Notes under the pieces: model-generated
Databases searched by the model: none
What the model was told of the DNA's origin: nothing
The model's input: the letters and a program-made list of their open reading frames with translations, nothing else
Assembly: GCA_033442325.1 (NCBI GenBank)
Contig: JAWQFM010000013.1
Coordinates: 714,885 to 778,884 of the forward strand
Direction: 5' to 3'
DNA: 64,000 nucleotides
Origin: Salpingoeca rosetta
Lineage: Eukaryota > Protista > Choanoflagellata
Position numbers and translations under genes: made by a program
Shown: one piece after another, positions 60,379-64,000 of the stretch
Layout of the letters: every line of letters begins with the position of its first letter
Position numbering within the stretch: the stretch's first letter is position 1

Positions 60379-63300
60379 TTATGCCTCGGAAGCCGTGACC
60401 TCGGAAAGACCTGGCACGGCGGGCTCTTTCAGTAGCACGGTGGAGAGCTCCGTGCTGCGCCCGAGCAGCGCAACAACATCGTCGAGGGTCGTGCATGTCG
60501 TGGACAGCGGCTTCATGTTCATGACAATTGCACCGCTCGACGCGTCTCGCGTGAACACGTGGTGCTCCACAATGTGGCGCCCGTGAACCGAAAGCACGGC
60601 ACCCGGGGCGTTCCTGCTCAGCCGCCACAGGTACGTGCCTTGCTCGCGCCCACTCAGCAACTCCTCCACCTCCTTGCGGTTCATAAACCCAACAAATCCA
60701 GCCTGTGCACCGGCATTCAGGTATGCTGGACTCTGCGCCATCTCGCTGGCCATGTCCTCGGCCCGCAGCGTCGATCGCCTGATCTCGGCCGCTGAGCTAC
60801 CGCTGCTGCGTCTCACGGTGTCGGGCTTGCTCGTGGCTGTGGGCGCGCGCGTGCGACGCTCCTTGGTCGATGCAGACGCCTTCCCGACACCATGAGCACC
60901 GTCCGTGCTTGGCCTGCTCTGCCGCGCACTTGCAGAGCGGGTGGTTGTCGCCGACTTTGCCGATGATGGCGGTGCAAGCGTTGATGGCGACGAAGATGCA
61001 GTTGAACCGGAAGCAGGCGCCACATGCGGCACGGAGTACAGGTTGGCACCGGCTTCCTGCCCGGTGGGTTCGCCTTTCAGGTTCTCGTACACCTGCGTGC
61101 CTGCGCTTGACGGCGCTTCCGTCGGCATTGAAGAAACGGTTGCAGCACGCGGCGGCTGCGGCAGTCTCCGCACGCTTCCCGATCCAGCACTGCCACCCGT
61201 TGCCGTCGTAGCGGTGGTGCTGGAAGCGGTGGCGGCGGTGTGGCCCAAGGGCTTGCTCTGCATGACGGGGCTGTCCACGTCTTCGTACAGGCTTGGTGCA
61301 AAGTCCACGGCCCGCTGCTGCGCTGCCGCCGACGCAGCTGTTCCAGATGTCGCGCGCGCTTTCGGAACGTCGTACATGTTGTCATCTTCCACGTCCGCAG
61401 TCGTAGCAGCAGGTGTCGCCTGTGTCGTGGTGGTCGCACCAGCCTTGACGCGTGGCTCACGACGTGGCACGTCGTACATGTCATCAACCTCTGACGCCAC
61501 TGCGGTTGCTGGCGGCGGGGCACTGGCCACGGGTTTGCCCGTTGCCTCCACGTCCTCATACAACGCCTCGCCCGCTGGTGGGTGCTTCGGCTTCACAGCT
61601 TCCTTCTTGGGCACGTCGTACATGTTGTCTGTGTCGTCCGTCACTGCAGGCGCAACACGCGGCGGAAGCACAGGCGCCGGTGACGGGGGCACAGGTGCAG
61701 TCTCGCTCACATCCTCATACAGGTTGAGCTCGGGCACATGGGCCGTGGTGGCCGCGCCTGCCCGCAGCGTTTCCGTGACATCCACGAGACCGGCCGGTGG
61801 CGCTGTCTTTGGATTGGGGTCCGTGCTGCTTTCGTTGGCAGAGCACAGGTCGCTGTACAGCTCCACACCGCTGTGCCGCGATGCCAGCAGCCTGAGTTCA
61901 CCCGTGTCCGCTGCGAACCGCACCTCTGACACGGCAGGCCCCGTGTCGTCGTCGCTCCCGTAGCCATCGCCGCCAACATCGTCATCGCTGCTGCTGCTGC
62001 TGCTGTTGTAGGGGTCGTCGTGGTCTGACTCGTCAGAGAAGTTGGGCTGGCCAACGTGCCCGTCCGAGGACAGCTGGTTGCGAGCGCCGTTCATGCGAGA
62101 GGCGGCGGCGGCGGCGCCCGCTGTTGTGCTCATCACTGTGCCAGCCGTCATTTCCATTGCATCGCCGTTGCGGAACTCAAACGGGCCAGGTGCCATGCTC
62201 AGCGTGTTCTTGCCCGAGAACGAGTCCTTGGGCTCGCTGCTCCTCTTGAACAGGTCAGGCCGGCGCTTGTACACAACAACGGCAGCGACCAGCACCACCA
62301 GCACTAACAGCACGCCAACGACGGCGCCTGCAACAGCACCACCATCGCTTCCACCGCCGCGCTTGGCAGCGCTGGCAACAGACGTGATTCGAGTCGCTGC
62401 CAGGGTTTCGAGCCCTTCAAACCGAGCAAGCAGGATGTCGGCAGGCACCCACTCCAAGCTGGTGCCGTTGCGAACCCCAAACTCGACCACCGTCGATGGC
62501 TGCGCCAACAGCCCACGCCGTCCACGGATCCCAGCGTTGTCGTTGTGGCTGTAGTTGTTGTCGTTGTTGTCGCTGTCACGGCTGCTGCCACCGCTGCTTC
62601 TCCTTCTCTTCCTCCCTTGTTGTTGCTGTGGGACTGTGTTGATGTCGGTGGTGGGGCGACCGAGGGCTTTGTCGTAGACGAGAAACACCACCACAAAGTC
62701 CACATTCAGCGCCTCCTCCAGGTCGCGCTCCAGCTGCTGCACGTCGCCGCCAAAGATGGACTCCGCCGTGCCTGCAAGCACCAGCTCCACCACCTGGTCC
62801 GCCCGCTCCGGTCGCATCAGCGCCTCAACCACCACCGTCCGCACCGCGACACCCGTATTGCCGTTCGCATCCGTCACCGCGTACTCAATCTCGTACGTCC
62901 CCGCCACGTGCACGTCAATCGCATCGGCCCCACTCACCACCACCTGCGACGTCACGTTGCCGTCGTGCACATCCTGTGCGCTGTACCCGGCCTCCACATA
63001 CCGTGTCGCATACGGCACGTGCACCTCCTCCGCGCCATACAGCGTCACCTCGGGCGGCGTCGTGTCCACCACCACCACCGCCCGCTGCACACCAACAGCG
63101 GCGTTGCCCGCCCGGTCGTGCACGCTGTACTGCAGCACATACACCGTGCCCACCTCCGCCGACGCCACAGCAGCGTCCAGCCCAAACATATCCGCAGCTG
63201 TCGTCCCAGCTGCAGTGGTCGTTGTCGCTGTGCTGCTGCTGCTGTTGCTGTTGCTTGTGTCTGCGTTCATCGTAGTTGTGGAAGCGGTGGAAGTGGTGGG

Positions 63301-64000
63301 AGGTGGTGCTGTTGTTGTGGATGCGTTGCGAGCAAGCGAGAGGACGTAGGTGATGGCAGCTTCGCCAATACTGCGAACATCGCCTGGCGCAACAACGCCG
63401 CTCGCGTCGCGCGTCACAATGCTCACGCCAACGCACACGTCCCCGCTCAGGTCGCCGTCGTGCGTGTCGGCAGAGACTGCGCCGCCGTCCGCCTCAACAA
63501 ACGCCGCATCTGGGCCGTACTCCAGCGCCTGCACCCGGTCCCCAAGCAGCTGCAGCGAGGGTGGCGTCGGGTCTGCAACCTGCACCACGCGCTCCACAAA
63601 CGCCACGTTGCTCGCTGCGTCCGCCACCGTGTAGTTGATGCGGTACACGGTGCCGCTCGGCGCCCTCGACTCCACCGCGTCCATTCGAGGTGAAGACCAC
63701 ACGCGCGGCGACAGCGGCGGCACAAACGCGCGCGCAGACGAGTACGCACACATGGTGGGAACAACAACGCCGGCCTCCTCAAGCTGCGTCGTCGCCACCA
63801 CACGCGATCGCACATCGCGGTCAACAATGTCGTATGCACGTGCAATGCCCGGCTCAACCCACGTCACGCCGTCGCCAACCGTCACGCTCAGGTTCCCGTT
63901 GACACGCAGGTCTGGCGGCGTTGTGTCGATGATGGTGATGGTGCGCGTGACGCTGGCCGTGTTGCGGGACGGGTCTGTCACCGTGTATGTGACGTTGAAG
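60379..64000 (-). CDS. Paralogous type I receptor (copy B; 5' part outside window): DUF5011/HYR-like repeats, SEA-like module, TM, YEDV/YDVP tail, one SH2
   Basis: 1200-aa ORF; TM AVAGAVVGVLLVLVVLVAAVVVY-KRR; 3x YEDV, 3x YDVP, YENL; SH2 FVGFMNRKEVEELL...GTYLWRLS. Confidence 0.88.
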   Translation of the reverse strand, partial: FNVTYTVTDPSRNTASVTRTITIIDTTPPDLRVNGNLSVTVGDGVTWVEPGIARAYDIVDRDVRSRVVATTQLEEAGVVVPTMCAYSSARAFVPPLSPRVWSSPRMDAVESRAPSGTVYRINYTVADAASNVAFVERVVQVADPTPPSLQLLGDRVQALEYGPDAAFVEADGGAVSADTHDGDLSGDVCVGVSIVTRDASGVVAPGDVRSIGEAAITYVLSLARNASTTTAPPPTTSTASTTTMNADTSNSNSSSSTATTTTAAGTTAADMFGLDAAVASAEVGTVYVLQYSVHDRAGNAAVGVQRAVVVVDTTPPEVTLYGAEEVHVPYATRYVEAGYSAQDVHDGNVTSQVVVSGADAIDVHVAGTYEIEYAVTDANGNTGVAVRTVVVEALMRPERADQVVELVLAGTAESIFGGDVQQLERDLEEALNVDFVVVFLVYDKALGRPTTDINTVPQQQQGRKRRRSSGGSSRDSDNNDNNYSHNDNAGIRGRRGLLAQPSTVVEFGVRNGTSLEWVPADILLARFEGLETLAATRITSVASAAKRGGGSDGGAVAGAVVGVLLVLVVLVAAVVVYKRRPDLFKRSSEPKDSFSGKNTLSMAPGPFEFRNGDAMEMTAGTVMSTTAGAAAAASRMNGARNQLSSDGHVGQPNFSDESDHDDPYNSSSSSSDDDVGGDGYGSDDDTGPAVSEVRFAADTGELRLLASRHSGVELYSDLCSANESSTDPNPKTAPPAGLVDVTETLRAGAATTAHVPELNLYEDVSETAPVPPSPAPVLPPRVAPAVTDDTDNMYDVPKKEAVKPKHPPAGEALYEDVEATGKPVASAPPPATAVASEVDDMYDVPRREPRVKAGATTTTQATPAATTADVEDDNMYDVPKARATSGTAASAAAQQRAVDFAPSLYEDVDSPVMQSKPLGHTAATASSTTATTATGGSAGSGSVRRLPQPPRAATVSSMPTEAPSSAGTQVYENLKGEPTGQEAGANLYSVPHVAPASGSTASSSPSTLAPPSSAKSATTTRSASARQSRPSTDGAHGVGKASASTKERRTRAPTATSKPDTVRRSSGSSAAEIRRSTLRAEDMASEMAQSPAYLNAGAQAGFVGFMNRKEVEELLSGREQGTYLWRLSRNAPGAVLSVHGRHIVEHHVFTRDASSGAIVMNMKPLSTTCTTLDDVVALLGRSTELSTVLLKEPAVPGLSEVTASEA
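62441..64000 (-). repeat. Arm 2 of the inverted duplication (partner 47278-48830; may extend beyond window)
   Basis: See arm 1. Confidence 0.95.

Noticed and set aside
47278-64000. Long inverted repeats as termini of a DNA transposon or Polinton
   Set aside because: The arms are in-frame receptor coding sequence, and the interval has no transposase, integrase or polymerase.

Overview
Intron-rich, GC-rich eukaryotic DNA with dense (GT)n/(CA)n microsatellites. Gene content (TM-SH2 receptors, TBC1D23, LRRC40, DNAJC2) and sequence style suggest a choanoflagellate, probably Salpingoeca rosetta (inference). About 16 spliced or intronless protein-coding genes can be supported. In order: a partial Ser-rich gene, an AlkB-like 2OG-Fe(II) dioxygenase, a TKL kinase fused to a PARP-type ADP-ribosyltransferase domain, an LRR single-pass receptor, a SEC14/CRAL-TRIO protein, LRRC40, V-ATPase subunit A, TBC1D23, a 5' fragment of N-myristoyltransferase, DNAJC2/zuotin, a PDZ-CAP fusion, a giant Cys-rich/Ig-like TM receptor with YDxP repeats and two SH2 domains, an F-box/LRR protein, an F-box/JmjC protein, a secreted SOUL protein, and a second paralogous TM-SH2 receptor. 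Two candidate systems stand out. (1) An inverted pair of kinase-less TM-SH2 receptors shares a near-identical ectodomain over at least 1.55 kb of DNA but has different TM segments and phosphotyrosine tails, like animal paired immune receptors. (2) A TLR-like LRR receptor with no signalling domain lies head-to-head with a kinase-PARP fusion gene. There are three N gaps and two apparent gene-truncating junctions. Most ORF-track entries are microsatellite artefacts. All family calls come from motif recognition by eye; no database searches were run.
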